IMG/VR virus record: IMGVR_UViG_2737471845_000005
DNA length: 30,396 bases
Source of the DNA: a virus
Lineage: Duplodnaviria; Heunggongvirae; Uroviricota; Caudoviricetes
Reading direction: 5' to 3' (one strand)
A program made the translations under genes and the position numbers. Below, piece by piece: positions 8,226 to 17,994 of the stretch (positions are counted from its first letter, which is position 1; the number at the start of each line of letters is the position of its first letter). The notes under the pieces were generated by a model, which was not told where the DNA came from, did no database searches, and saw only the letters and a program-made list of their open reading frames with translations.

Positions 8226-8320
8226 AAAAGTTCTTGCAATTTTAGCCATAAACTGCTTCAATTCCGGTACGCTTCGCAAAGCTGTATCGCGAGGCGAACC
8301 AAGCGCATGAACTTTACCAG

Positions 8321-8350
8321 AACCCGCCATTGAGCGGGTTTTGTTGTTTC
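8321..8350 (+). terminator. Rho-independent terminator after the ORF6N gene
   Basis: 'aacccgc-cattga-gcgggtt' hairpin followed by 'ttgttgttt'. Confidence 0.6.
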
Positions 8351-8458
8351 TGGTACTGGCGAACCTGATGTTTCATTTCTGGAGCGCGATTCCTGGCGGA
8401 ATACCTAGAATCGAGACATTCTGGTAAAATTGTTTTCAGTACAGGATGTGGAGGTGAG

Positions 8459-9028
8459 ATGAGAGAACTACCTAAAGATTATTTTTTAGGAGTAGATGAT
8501 GAGCTCGTCGATTATCTTGAAAAACAAGGGGAAGAGACGATACGAGAGATTCATCTTTCTAACAAAACCAATGTTGAGAATGGATACAAACTTCTGAACA
8601 TTCAGATTGTTGGAATTGGCTCATCTTTTTTATTGCTGACACAGAAAACTAATTTCGATTTTCTCACCGCCGGAATTACCACATTTACATTACTATGGAC
8701 ATGGTGCGCCATTTACTTGGTATGTACTGGTTTATCTGTGAAGGTTAGGGGCCTGATCAATGCCCCTCCTGATCATCTATATCATGAAAAATATAAGGAT
8801 ATGGAGCCCTCGAGCTTTAAAATATTCGCTGATGCAGGATATTTAGGACCTGATAAGTTATTGCCGCTTATACGAAGGTATCGCCTTGTTGACTTGAGTG
8901 ATACAGCAAGAGAGTTACTGTTGGAAAATGAGAAAATCCGCACGAGTCTCGATAAAGCAAGGATGTATACCATCCTTGCTCCGGTAGCGGCGATGTTTAT
9001 CTCGGCTGTTTTTTTATATGTTCAATGA
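8459..9028 (+). CDS. AT-rich hypothetical membrane protein (moron); about 3 predicted TM helices
   Basis: GGAGG ribosome-binding site before the ATG; hydrophobic stretches 'IQIVGIGSSFLLL', 'ITTFTLLWTWCAIYLVC', 'ILAPVAAMFISAVFLYV'; lower GC than neighbours; flanked by terminators. Confidence 0.6.
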   Translation: MRELPKDYFLGVDDELVDYLEKQGEETIREIHLSNKTNVENGYKLLNIQIVGIGSSFLLLTQKTNFDFLTAGITTFTLLWTWCAIYLVCTGLSVKVRGLINAPPDHLYHEKYKDMEPSSFKIFADAGYLGPDKLLPLIRRYRLVDLSDTARELLLENEKIRTSLDKARMYTILAPVAAMFISAVFLYVQ

Positions 9029-9158
9029 CTGAGTCGGCAGAATCTCCAACAAAAACACGACGTGTAGCAAAGTCTGCAGTACTTTGTGTTGGAGTTGGTT
9101 TTGGTGCCACGGGTTGCTGAGGTTTATTTTCACCTTGTGGCTTGTTTTTTTCAGACAT
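8997..9158 (-). CDS. Small Pro/Lys-rich protein (53 aa), convergent with and overlapping the 3' end of 8459-9028
   Basis: Minus-strand ATG at 9158 preceded by AGAGGA 5 nt upstream; translation 'MSEKNKPQGENKPQQPVAPKPTPTQSTADFATRRVFVGDSADSVIEHIKKQPR'. The ORF track shows it only as part of a longer 130-aa ORF. Confidence 0.4.
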   Translation of the reverse strand: MSEKNKPQGENKPQQPVAPKPTPTQSTADFATRRVFVGDSADSVIEHIKKQPR

Positions 9159-9252
9159 AAAAATCCTCTTTGTTTGAATTGTTACTTTTGGCGATTTAAC
9201 GATATCAAACACGAGTATATACCGCCAGAAGCTTAATCTGGCACTCCATCTG

Positions 9253-9280
9253 GCCCCGGCATGTCCCGGGGCTTTTTCGT
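9253..9280 (+). terminator. Rho-independent terminator upstream of the holin
   Basis: 'gccccgg-catgtc-ccggggc' hairpin followed by TTTTT. Confidence 0.6.
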
Positions 9281-9375
9281 TGTTAGGCTCCGGAAACATC
9301 CTCGACTTCTTGTTAGCAAGCCTGAGAGCCTGAATCTTACACTTAGCACCATCCGAACTCTCGGAGGTGAGGCTT

Positions 9376-9717
9376 ATGAAAATGCACAATGCCCCTCATT
9401 CCTGGCCTGACTTACTGGAACTCTTACAAAGTTGGTGGCGTGGAGATACGCCGCTGGGTGCAGTGGTTATGTCAATTATTATGGCTGGTTTGCGCATTGC
9501 CTATTTTGGCGGTGGCGGCGGCTGGAAACGAAAAACGCTTGAGATTTTGCTCTGTGGTGCCCTGACGCTGACCTTTGCATCCGCGCTTGAGTATGTCGGA
9601 TGGCCTAAATCACTTTCTGTTGCCATTGGTGGTGGGGTGGGGCTGATTGGTGTTGATGCTATTCGTGGTGCGGCAATGAGGGTCATCGGTAACAAGTTCG
9701 GTGCCCATAAGGAGTAA
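9376..9717 (+). CDS. S: Class I holin (lambda S-like), dual-start motif
   Basis: Three hydrophobic segments, C-terminal basic tail, and 'ATG AAA ATG' (M-K-M) at 9376/9382 as in lambda S107/S105; a further in-frame GTG at 9367; GGAGG ribosome-binding site. Confidence 0.8.
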   Translation: MKMHNAPHSWPDLLELLQSWWRGDTPLGAVVMSIIMAGLRIAYFGGGGGWKRKTLEILLCGALTLTFASALEYVGWPKSLSVAIGGGVGLIGVDAIRGAAMRVIGNKFGAHKE

Positions 9718-9720
9718 TTA

Positions 9721-10197
9721 ATGCAGACACTTAATTCCCAGCGCAAAGCTTTCCTTGATATGGTGGCATGGTCAGAAGGAACAGATAACGGACGGCAGAA
9801 AACCAGAAATCACGGTTATGATGTTATTGTCGGTGGCGAACTGTTCACTGATTACTCCGATCACCCCCGCAAACTTGTCACGCTAAATCCGAAACTCAAA
9901 TCAACAGCCGCCGGACGTTACCAGCTTCTTTCTCGCTGGTGGGATGCCTACCGCAAGCTACTTGGCCTGAAAGATTTTTCTCCAGAAAGTCAGGATGCTG
10001 TAGCGCTGCAGCAGATTAAAGAGCGTGGCGCTTTACCGATGATTGACCGCGGCGATATTCGTCAGGCAATCGACCGTTGCAGCAATATCTGGGCGTCGTT
10101 ACCTGGTGCAGGTTACGGTCAGTATGAACATAGAATCGGTGACCTGATTTCCCGATTTAAAGAAGCTGGTGGGGTGGTAAATGAAGCTGAGATATAA
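9721..10197 (+). CDS. R: Endolysin, lambda R-type lytic transglycosylase
   Basis: 'NSQRKAFLDMVAWSEGTDNGRQKTRNHGYDVIVGGELFTDYSDHPRKLVTLNPKLKS...' is nearly identical to lambda R as I recall it. Confidence 0.92.
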   Translation: MQTLNSQRKAFLDMVAWSEGTDNGRQKTRNHGYDVIVGGELFTDYSDHPRKLVTLNPKLKSTAAGRYQLLSRWWDAYRKLLGLKDFSPESQDAVALQQIKERGALPMIDRGDIRQAIDRCSNIWASLPGAGYGQYEHRIGDLISRFKEAGGVVNEAEI

Positions 10198-10573
10198 GCT
10201 GGTTATTGTTGCCTTCTTTGTTACCGTCATCGGTTCTTTTATCTGGTCTGCCGGGCATTACTACAGCAAATATCAACACGAAAAGGAGCGTGCTGATGAG
10301 GCTGTACGAAATGCTGAATCTGCAACAGCCATTACCAGTAACGTCCTGCAATCACTGCAAATCATCAATACAGTTATAGAGGCTAACCAGCATGCAAAAC
10401 AGCAGATCGCACTGGAGTCACAGAGAACCCAGGAAGATATCAAAGTGGCTGTTGCGGATGATGATTGTGCTGTTCGTATCGTTCCTTCTGGCGCAGTTAA
10501 GCGGTTGCACGAATACGCGAACGGTATACGTGTCGGTGCCGGTCGTTCCGTTACCAGCCAGTCTGACGGATGA
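10181..10573 (+). CDS. Rz: i-spanin (Rz-like)
   Basis: N-terminal TM helix 'LVIVAFFVTVIGSFIW' followed by a charged, likely coiled-coil periplasmic region; directly after the endolysin. Confidence 0.75.
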   Translation: MKLRYKLVIVAFFVTVIGSFIWSAGHYYSKYQHEKERADEAVRNAESATAITSNVLQSLQIINTVIEANQHAKQQIALESQRTQEDIKVAVADDDCAVRIVPSGAVKRLHEYANGIRVGAGRSVTSQSDG

Positions 10574-10736
10574 AACACCCCAGCCAGATTTACCTGACCC
10601 GTTTACGTGGGGAGCCAGCATTAACCTGAATGTTGCGTTGTTGTCAGCGTTAGCACAGTGCAACAGGGATAAGGCTGATATCAGGACTTTTGAGAAAAAC
10701 AGGGCAGCACAAACCAATGGCACGATTAAACGTTGA
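10458..10736 (+). CDS. Rz1: o-spanin (Rz1-like lipoprotein), overlapping the Rz 3' end in another frame
   Basis: 'MMIVLFVSFLLAQLSGC' signal peptide with lipobox, then a Pro-rich segment; begins inside Rz in a different frame and extends 163 bp past it. Confidence 0.65.
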   Translation: MMIVLFVSFLLAQLSGCTNTRTVYVSVPVVPLPASLTDETPQPDLPDPFTWGASINLNVALLSALAQCNRDKADIRTFEKNRAAQTNGTIKR

Positions 10737-10902
10737 AGTTATCCCACCAGACAGCGAAACGATGAACGGGATTTTTGCAGAGATTGAACGTAAATATGCG
10801 CATCAGCCGATGACGCCAAAAGTTATCGATGAAATGCAACGCGAAGCGGCGCGCCTTGTACGGCGAGCGACAAACACGAAGGTTACGTTCGTTCGGGACT
10901 GA
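10717..10902 (+). CDS. Small hypothetical protein between spanins and terminase
   Basis: ORF-track ORF 10690-10902; start placed at the second Met (MARLNVEV) to limit overlap with Rz1. No family recognised. Confidence 0.4.
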   Translation: MARLNVEVIPPDSETMNGIFAEIERKYAHQPMTPKVIDEMQREAARLVRRATNTKVTFVRD

Positions 10903-10950
10903 CATTACAGAAGCTCCTTTGATAAGGGGCTTCGATAATGTTAACAACTT

Positions 10951-11580
10951 GTGGAAACCATCATGGCATCGAAAAAGCTAACGGCAGAACAGCAGCGCCT
11001 TTTCGATGTGCTGACTCCGCTTCAGAAAAGATTCAGCTTAGCCATTATCAAGGGCAAGAATCAGACAGAGGCTTACCGCAAAGCCGGAGGGAAAGCGAAG
11101 GGCGACAACCTCCGCAAAGCTGCGCACGTAATTGCGACAAATTGCGACGTTCAGGCGTTCATTAAGTCTGTTCAGCGTGAAATCATCGATGAGGCCATCA
11201 TGACCCGCGAAGAAGCTCTTAAGCGTTTGTCTAAAATAGGCCGTGCTTCAATCGCCGATATCGCCGAGTTTAGTAATAGCATCGTGGGGGAGGATGAAGA
11301 CGGGAATCCTGTCTATCAAGCCGTCTGGAGCTTCAAGGATTCTTCCCTTCAAGACCCTGACGCGATGAGCGCAGTATCAGAACTGACCTCAGGGAAAGAT
11401 GGTATCAAATTGAAGATGCACGACCCGAAAGCAGCAATAAAGCAGTTGGCTGAATTGCAGGGGTGGGAAGCACCTAAGAAAACCGAACTGACTGGCGCGG
11501 AGGGTGGACCGATCAAGGCCGAGACAACCAATCTCACCGCAGATCAGGCCGCAGAGATTTACCGCAAAATGATGGGGTGA
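10951..11580 (+). CDS. Terminase small subunit
   Basis: About 200-aa basic/helical protein immediately before the large terminase, ending in the overlapping 'atgatggggtga'. The start could be ATG 10963 (MASKKLT) rather than 10951. Confidence 0.65.
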   Translation: METIMASKKLTAEQQRLFDVLTPLQKRFSLAIIKGKNQTEAYRKAGGKAKGDNLRKAAHVIATNCDVQAFIKSVQREIIDEAIMTREEALKRLSKIGRASIADIAEFSNSIVGEDEDGNPVYQAVWSFKDSSLQDPDAMSAVSELTSGKDGIKLKMHDPKAAIKQLAELQGWEAPKKTELTGAEGGPIKAETTNLTADQAAEIYRKMMG

Positions 11581-13205
11581 TCATGCCTCTTCCGTTTAAA
11601 TTCGATTTCAGAAACCCTGATTACCAGATGGTTTTTGAATGGCGGATGGAACGCCTACAGCGTATTCGCCAGAATCCTGAAATATTGCCTGCACTAAAAC
11701 AGTTTTACCGAACCAATCCGGCTCAGTTCATCATCGACTGGGGCATGACAACGGACCCGCGTAATATTGATTATGGCCTGCCGGTGACCATTCCGTTTTT
11801 ACTCTTCCCTAAGCAGGAGGAGTGGATCCACTGGATTATGGAACGCTGGAGCAATCGGGAGAATGGTATTACCGAAAAATCCCGTGAAATGGGGCTCAGT
11901 TGGACCGCGATCGGACTGGCCTGCTCGCTTTGTCTCTTCAACAAAGAAATGGTTATCGGTTTCGGCTCCCGTAAAGAGGAATACGTCGACAGCACTGGTG
12001 ACCCGAAAGCATTGTTCTGGAAGGCACGCAAGTTCGTGGAAACGCTACCTGTAGAGTTTCGCGGTTCGTGGAGCGAGAAGAAGCACGCGCCATATATGCG
12101 TGTTGAGTTTCCTGAAACTGGTGCCGTTATCAAAGGCGAGGCTGGCGATAATATTGGTCGTGGTGACCGTACCACGCTTTATCTGGTTGATGAGGCTGCA
12201 TTCCTTCAGCGTCCTCTGCTGATTGATGCGGCGTTGTCACAAACGACGCGTTGCCGTATTGACCTGAGTTCAGTTAACGGCATGGCGAACCCGTTCGCTC
12301 AGAAGCGTCATGGCGGGAAGATACCGGTATTCACATTCCACTGGCGGGATGATCCTCGCAAGGATGAAGAGTGGTATCGCAGGGAATGCGAGAAAATCGA
12401 TAATCCGGTGGTGGTGGCACAGGAACTTGATCTGAACTACAGCGCATCAGCGGAAGGCGTCCTGATTCCATCCGAATGGGTACAGGCTGCCGTTGATGCG
12501 CATATCAAACTGGGTATCCAGCCAACAGGCAAACGACTTGGCGCGATGGATGTCGCCGACGAAGGCAGGGACAAAAATGCCTTTTCCACCCGTCATGGCT
12601 TCCTCCTGGAAAATGTGCGGGAATGGTCCGGTGTGGGCAGCGACATTTATCAGTCCGTCGAGAAGGTTTTCGGCTTTTGCGAACAGGACAACCTCGAAGA
12701 GTTTCGCTTTGACGAGGACGGGCTGGGCGCTGGCGTTCGCGGCGATGCACGCGCTATCAACGAACTGCGTAACGCTGCGCGTCGACCGTCAATACTTGCC
12801 ACACCGTTTCGAGGTAGTGGCGCGGTATTTGATCCGGATGATGAAGCTGTTCGCGGGGACAACGGGCAAGCCGCGCGTCTGAACAAGGACTTCTTCGCTA
12901 ACGCCAAAGCCCAGAGCTGGTGGCGGTTACGTAAACTTTTTCAGAATACCTGGCGCGCCGTGGTTGAAGGTATGGCTTACAACCCGGACGAAATCATCTC
13001 AATCAGCAGTAGCATGGCACTCAAAGATAAACTCATCATCGAGCTTTCGCAGCCGACCTATTCCATTAATGGTGTGGGAAAAATCGTTATTGATAAACAG
13101 CCTGATGGGACCCGGTCGCCAAATCTTGCCGACTCGGTGATGATCAACTATGCCCCAATGAATTCAGCCCTGAACATCTGGGAGTTGCTAGGGAGACAGG
13201 CCTGA
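11577..13205 (+). CDS. Terminase large subunit
   Basis: 542-aa ORF between small terminase and portal; candidate Walker A-like '[14 protein letters not shown]' and 'LYLVDEAAF' (Walker B-like); ATG alternative start at 11583. Confidence 0.75.
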   Translation: MIMPLPFKFDFRNPDYQMVFEWRMERLQRIRQNPEILPALKQFYRTNPAQFIIDWGMTTDPRNIDYGLPVTIPFLLFPKQEEWIHWIMERWSNRENGITEKSREMGLSWTAIGLACSLCLFNKEMVIGFGSRKEEYVDSTGDPKALFWKARKFVETLPVEFRGSWSEKKHAPYMRVEFPETGAVIKGEAGDNIGRGDRTTLYLVDEAAFLQRPLLIDAALSQTTRCRIDLSSVNGMANPFAQKRHGGKIPVFTFHWRDDPRKDEEWYRRECEKIDNPVVVAQELDLNYSASAEGVLIPSEWVQAAVDAHIKLGIQPTGKRLGAMDVADEGRDKNAFSTRHGFLLENVREWSGVGSDIYQSVEKVFGFCEQDNLEEFRFDEDGLGAGVRGDARAINELRNAARRPSILATPFRGSGAVFDPDDEAVRGDNGQAARLNKDFFANAKAQSWWRLRKLFQNTWRAVVEGMAYNPDEIISISSSMALKDKLIIELSQPTYSINGVGKIVIDKQPDGTRSPNLADSVMINYAPMNSALNIWELLGRQA

Positions 13206-14671
13206 TGGCACGAAACAAACAAGCCCTGCGGCGAACTGCGCAAGCCACAGCTGATGGTTATGAGAATTTTATCGCCCGCGTAGGGATGCAGACACCTAAC
13301 CAGCACTCAGCATCCACCTACCGGGCTAATTTCACCAGTCGTAACCGCATGCTGGTGGAATGGTCCTATCGTTCTTCCTGGATCATCGGCGAAGCAGTCG
13401 ATGCTATCCCGGATGATATGACCCGCAAAGGCATTCGCATCACTTCGGAAATTGATGCAAAAGATCGTGGCATTCTCGAATCACAACTGGATGAGTTGCA
13501 AATCTGGGATGCGCTGAATGACGTGCTGAAATGGTCGCGCCTCTACGGCGGCGCGGTGGGTTTCATCATGATTGAGGGGCAGGCACCAATGACCCCGCTG
13601 CGACCCGAAACCATCGGTAAGGGCAAGTTTAAGGGGATTCTCCCGCTCGACCGCTGGATGATTGACCCGGTACTGACCCGCCGCATTAAAGATATGGGGC
13701 CGGACCTGGGTAAACCTGAGTTTTATGATGTGGTGACCACAGCAACGGGAATTCCTGCCTGGCGCATTCATCACAGTCGCCTGATTCGCTTTGATGGCGT
13801 CACGCTGCCATTTCAGCAGAAGATGACCGAGAACGAATGGGGAATGTCGGTTGTAGAGCGTATCTGGGATCGTCTTACCGCGTTCGACAGCGCTACTGTC
13901 GGTGCGGCGCAGCTGGTCTACAAGGCGCATTTGCGTACCTACAGCGTGGAGAAGCTACGCGAGCTTATCGCACTTGGTGGTCCTGCGTATGAAGCGTTGC
14001 TGAAGAATATTGACCTGATTCGACAGTTCCAGAGCAATGAAGGCATGACTCTCATGGACTCGCGGGATAAGTTTGAAACCCATCAGTACAGCTTCAGTGG
14101 TCTGGATGACATCCTTTCACAGTTTGCAGAACAGATTAGTGGAGCTGTTGGTATCCCACTGGTGCGGTTGTTCGGACAGTCCCCGAAGGGATTTTCTACC
14201 GGCGATGCAGACCTTGCCAACTATTACGACCGGGTAAGTTCGTTGCAGGAGAGGCGTTTACGTCTTCCGGTGCGGCGGATACTGGACATCATGCATCGTT
14301 CGGAACTTGGCAAGCCGCTCCCGGACGATTTCACGTTTGAGTTTAACCCGCTCTGGCAAATGTCTGATGTCGATCGCTCAACGGTGGCGTTAAACACTAC
14401 CAACGCAATCAGTACGGCGCTGGGTGATGGTCTGATGACACTGAAAGCTGCTATGACTGATTTGCGCGAAAATTCTGACGTAACCGGCATCGGGGCATCC
14501 ATTACCGACGAGGACATCGAGAATGCCGAAGATGAAGCGCCGCCCGGCATCGGCGAATCTGATGACGAACCGCAGGAACCGTCAGGCGGAAATCCGCTAT
14601 CGAACCAGCCTACGCAGGATAGCGCGGGCGGTCGGAGACATCGTAAATGGTCGCTACGATGGTTCAAATGA
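13205..14671 (+). CDS. Portal protein
   Basis: 488 aa, follows the large terminase with ATGA-type coupling, acidic C-terminal tail; position and size typical of a portal. Confidence 0.7.
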   Translation: MARNKQALRRTAQATADGYENFIARVGMQTPNQHSASTYRANFTSRNRMLVEWSYRSSWIIGEAVDAIPDDMTRKGIRITSEIDAKDRGILESQLDELQIWDALNDVLKWSRLYGGAVGFIMIEGQAPMTPLRPETIGKGKFKGILPLDRWMIDPVLTRRIKDMGPDLGKPEFYDVVTTATGIPAWRIHHSRLIRFDGVTLPFQQKMTENEWGMSVVERIWDRLTAFDSATVGAAQLVYKAHLRTYSVEKLRELIALGGPAYEALLKNIDLIRQFQSNEGMTLMDSRDKFETHQYSFSGLDDILSQFAEQISGAVGIPLVRLFGQSPKGFSTGDADLANYYDRVSSLQERRLRLPVRRILDIMHRSELGKPLPDDFTFEFNPLWQMSDVDRSTVALNTTNAISTALGDGLMTLKAAMTDLRENSDVTGIGASITDEDIENAEDEAPPGIGESDDEPQEPSGGNPLSNQPTQDSAGGRRHRKWSLRWFK

Positions 14672-15296
14672 CAGTATCACGGAAATTATTGAGGCGCTGG
14701 AACGCTACAGTGAAATCATCACCCCCTGGGCGACAAAGGTCGCGGAAAACTTTACTGCGGACCTAACCCGGCAGAACGAGAAAGTTTGGCGGCAACACAG
14801 CAAGAACATCAGTCGCGAGCTCCGCAATCTTGTGGAAAGCGCTCCTGTGGGCCAGGTGATGCAATCCATCATCGCCGAACAGGTCAAGTACATCAAATCG
14901 CTCCCCCTCGAGGCGGCTGACAGGGTGTACGACATCCAGAATCGGGCGATAGAAGCTGTTGTGACCGGTGGGAGAGCAGAATATTTTGCTAAAGAAATAG
15001 CCGCATCGGGTGATATAGCAAAGTCCAGAGCTGACCTGATTGCCCGTACTGAACTTGGACGTGCAACCGGCGCGCTGGATCAGGCGCGTGCGCTGTCAAT
15101 TGGTTCGAATGGTTATATCTGGCGTACAGCCGAAGATGGTGACGTCAGGCATTCTCATCGGGAAATGGAAGGTAAATTTGTCGAATGGGGCAAACCTCCA
15201 ACGCTTGACGGCATGACAGGTCACGCTGGCGAGCTCCCGAATTGTCGCTGTTATAAAGAAATTGTTTTTCCCACCTCCCAATCTTATCCCGCCTGA
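14523..15296 (+). CDS. Head morphogenesis protein (Mu F / SPP1 gp7-like); start uncertain
   Basis: Position after the portal and recalled family resemblance. The ORF overlaps the portal 3' end by up to 149 bp, and the first Met beyond the portal stop would remove about 110 residues. Confidence 0.5.
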   Translation: MPKMKRRPASANLMTNRRNRQAEIRYRTSLRRIARAVGDIVNGRYDGSNDSITEIIEALERYSEIITPWATKVAENFTADLTRQNEKVWRQHSKNISRELRNLVESAPVGQVMQSIIAEQVKYIKSLPLEAADRVYDIQNRAIEAVVTGGRAEYFAKEIAASGDIAKSRADLIARTELGRATGALDQARALSIGSNGYIWRTAEDGDVRHSHREMEGKFVEWGKPPTLDGMTGHAGELPNCRCYKEIVFPTSQSYPA

Positions 15297-15310
15297 ATCG
15301 CAGGTAACAC

Positions 15311-16531
15311 ATGAAATATTTTTTCAATACCCGGCTGGGGGAAACCCGCTATCAGTTGGCTGACGGCTCGTTGCTGTGCAGAGACGTGCCGATAGGACGA
15401 ACAGGTAAGCAGCTCTATGGTGCTGATGACCTGCCAAAACTGAAACCCGATAAGTTCGGTGAAATAGTCGTCACGCGTTCTCCTGAGCAGGTATTCCATC
15501 CGGCCACGCTTGCCTCATTCGAAGGGATGAGCATCACGATTCTGCATCCTGAAGATGAAAACGGGAATGTGCGGCTGGTAAATCCCGAGAACTGGAAAGA
15601 GCTTGCTGTCGGGCATCTTCAGAATGTCCGGCGCGGGACGGGTGAGCAGTCTGATTTGATGCTGGCTGACCTTATCGTCAAAGACGAAAACGCCATTCAG
15701 CTTATCGAAGATGGCCTGCGCGAAGTGTCGTGCGGCTATGACGCGGAGTACGAGCAGACCGAGCCAGGTAAAGCTGAGCAGGTCGATATTACCGGAAACC
15801 ATGTGGCTCTTGTCCCTAAAGGCAGAGCCGGAAATCGTTGTGCAATTGGAGACAGAGACACAATGGCAAATCAAAAGAAAAGCTGGTGGACCCGCATGCG
15901 CACGGCCATCAAAACGGGTGACGCTGACACCATGAACGAACTGGTGGAGTCGGCTCCCGCATCGGTTACAGGAGATGAGGGGGATTTGCCGCAGGGCGTT
16001 AATCTCAACATCAACCTGTCCCCGCAGCAACCGCTACCGGACAAAGCACCAGAGATGGGCGGAGGTCCAACCGGCGACAGTGATGATGACCTCAAAACAT
16101 TACTGAAAGCCCTGCTGGCTAAGCTGGAAGGAAATGCGACGGGCGATAACGACAATAAGCCTGACGATAATCCGACCGGTGACGGCGAGGACGATGAAGA
16201 GGAAACCACGATTACTGGTGACTCAGCCTGGCGTGCCGAAGTTATCGTTCCGGGTATCGATCTGAGCCGTAAGATGAAACCGACCGCGTTCAAACGTGAG
16301 GTTCTGGCTTCTGCTGACAAAACGCTGGTTCGCCAGATAGTCGGTGATGCGGATATCCGCAAATTACCGAAACAATCGGTCGACATGGCGTTTAATGCCG
16401 TGTCTGAGATTGCCAAAGGGCGAAACACCCGCGCCACCACCGGCGATGCACAGCGCCCAAACATGGGCATGACCAGTATCGCTTCCCTGAACAAACAAAA
16501 CGCTGAATTCTGGGCAAACCGTAAAGGGTAA
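15311..16531 (+). CDS. Putative prohead protease/scaffolding protein (Mu gpI-like position)
   Basis: 406 aa between the head-morphogenesis and capsid genes; acidic low-complexity C-terminal half, typical of scaffold domains. Assigned by position only. Confidence 0.4.
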   Translation: MKYFFNTRLGETRYQLADGSLLCRDVPIGRTGKQLYGADDLPKLKPDKFGEIVVTRSPEQVFHPATLASFEGMSITILHPEDENGNVRLVNPENWKELAVGHLQNVRRGTGEQSDLMLADLIVKDENAIQLIEDGLREVSCGYDAEYEQTEPGKAEQVDITGNHVALVPKGRAGNRCAIGDRDTMANQKKSWWTRMRTAIKTGDADTMNELVESAPASVTGDEGDLPQGVNLNINLSPQQPLPDKAPEMGGGPTGDSDDDLKTLLKALLAKLEGNATGDNDNKPDDNPTGDGEDDEEETTITGDSAWRAEVIVPGIDLSRKMKPTAFKREVLASADKTLVRQIVGDADIRKLPKQSVDMAFNAVSEIAKGRNTRATTGDAQRPNMGMTSIASLNKQNAEFWANRKG

Positions 16532-16534
16532 AAA

Positions 16535-17041
16535 ATGAATAATGTATTTCTGTACCGGATGCCTGTTGGCATTGCCGGGGCCGTCTCTCGCCCGCAGGAC
16601 TTAACCGTCGAACCGGTGGTCCTTAAATCCGATAACGCCTTCGCTGCCTATGGCCTGGCTGGTAAATACGATGATGACGGTTTTTTCGTGCCGCTGGCAG
16701 ATGGTGATACCGCAGACAAGGTGAAGGGGATCTACGTGCGCCCTTATCCGACCACTTCGCAGCCGGACATGGTTCGCCAGGTGGGGACTGGCAAGAACTT
16801 CCCGGGCGACGCCATGAAGCGTGGCTACGTGACCGTTAATCTCGGTTCTGATTTTGATGCCAGCACCATCAAAAAAGGCGACCCGGTATACGTTGTCGTC
16901 TCCACTGATGAATCCATCAAAGTGCCGCTGGGTGGATTCATGGCCACGTCAGTCAGTGGCAAAAACGTGGTGCTGACCAACGCTGAATTCACAGGTGCCG
17001 GAGATGCTGACGGCAATGCAGAAATTTCCTGGAAGATTTAA
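16535..17041 (+). CDS. Putative head structural/decoration protein
   Basis: 168-aa ORF directly upstream of the major capsid gene; no family recognised. Confidence 0.35.
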   Translation: MNNVFLYRMPVGIAGAVSRPQDLTVEPVVLKSDNAFAAYGLAGKYDDDGFFVPLADGDTADKVKGIYVRPYPTTSQPDMVRQVGTGKNFPGDAMKRGYVTVNLGSDFDASTIKKGDPVYVVVSTDESIKVPLGGFMATSVSGKNVVLTNAEFTGAGDADGNAEISWKI

Positions 17042-17052
17042 GGAACAGACGA

Positions 17053-17994
17053 ATGATTACTTTTGATCAGGCAACCGTTGACAGCTCTGGTGCCTTTCTC
17101 ATCGGGGAGCTGGAGCGACTCGACCAGACGCTGAACCTGCCACTGGTGGGGTACACCTGGACCCGCGATATTCAGTTGCGTGAAGATGTCTCCATCGCAG
17201 ATGACATTTCCAGCTGGACGAATACCAGCTTCGCCGCTGCGGGTACTGGTGCAAATCCGAATGGCAAAAACTGGGTAGGCAAAGACTCAACCGCTATTGC
17301 TGGCGTGAACGTGGATATCGGCAAATCCGGTAACCCGATGAACCTGTGGGGGATGGAACTTGGCTGGACGGTCATAGAATTGCAGGCTGCTCAGCAGATC
17401 GGACGCCCGATTGATACGCAGAAGTATGACGGGATGCAACTGAAATGGCAGATGGATAACGATGAACAGGTATATGTTGGCGATTCCGCATTAAACCTGA
17501 AAGGTCTTGTTACCCTGGACGGCGTGCCTGTCAACAACGCTGCCAAAACGTGGGCAACCTCAACACCGGACGAAATCCGCGCAAGCATTAACCAGGTGCT
17601 GTCTGATGCGTGGGCCGCTTCCGGTTACTCTGTGGTTCCGCGTGATTTGCTGATCCCGCCTGAGAAGTTTGCTCTGTTGTCCAGCATCATCGTTTCATCT
17701 GCGGGTAACCAGTCCCTGTTGACGTACCTTCAGACCAACACCATCAGCTATCACCAGAACGGTGTTCCGCTGAATATCCGCGCGGTTAAATGGCTGAAAG
17801 GCCGTGGTGTGGGGAATAAGGATCGCATGGTTGCGTACACCAACGATAAAAAATACGTCCGCTACCCGCTGGTTCCGCTTCAGAGCGTGCCGGTGCAGTA
17901 TCGCGGTCTGTATCAGATCGTCACTTACTACGGCAAGCTGGGTGCAGTCGAGCCAGTGTACAAAGAAACCATTTCGTACGTTGATGGCATTTAA
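17053..17994 (+). CDS. Major capsid protein (Mu gpT-like)
   Basis: 313 aa, followed by a GC-rich stem-loop (about 17996-18025); position and size fit the Mu-like major head subunit. Confidence 0.65.
   Translation: MITFDQATVDSSGAFLIGELERLDQTLNLPLVGYTWTRDIQLREDVSIADDISSWTNTSFAAAGTGANPNGKNWVGKDSTAIAGVNVDIGKSGNPMNLWGMELGWTVIELQAAQQIGRPIDTQKYDGMQLKWQMDNDEQVYVGDSALNLKGLVTLDGVPVNNAAKTWATSTPDEIRASINQVLSDAWAASGYSVVPRDLLIPPEKFALLSSIIVSSAGNQSLLTYLQTNTISYHQNGVPLNIRAVKWLKGRGVGNKDRMVAYTNDKKYVRYPLVPLQSVPVQYRGLYQIVTYYGKLGAVEPVYKETISYVDGI

Noticed and set aside
7340..9370. tRNA genes or a toxin (stx-like) cargo between Q and the holin, as in Stx phages
   Set aside because: No cloverleaf-compatible tRNA-like sequence or AB5-toxin-like ORF seen by eye; the slot holds the ORF6N gene and the membrane/small-ORF pair instead. 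A formal tRNA scan was not run.
12493..12907. ORFs of 129 aa (+, alternate frame) and 81-85 aa (-) inside the large terminase gene
   Set aside because: Embedded within or antisense to a 542-aa gene with strong contextual support; Arg/Ala/Pro-rich translations typical of off-frame GC-rich sequence.
15515..16572. Long minus-strand ORFs (15871-16572, 233 aa; 15515-16030, 171 aa) across the scaffold/protease gene
   Set aside because: Antisense to a tightly coupled + strand structural operon; Ser/Pro/Ala-rich translations typical of spurious ORFs opposite GC-rich coding sequence; no start or ribosome-binding-site support.
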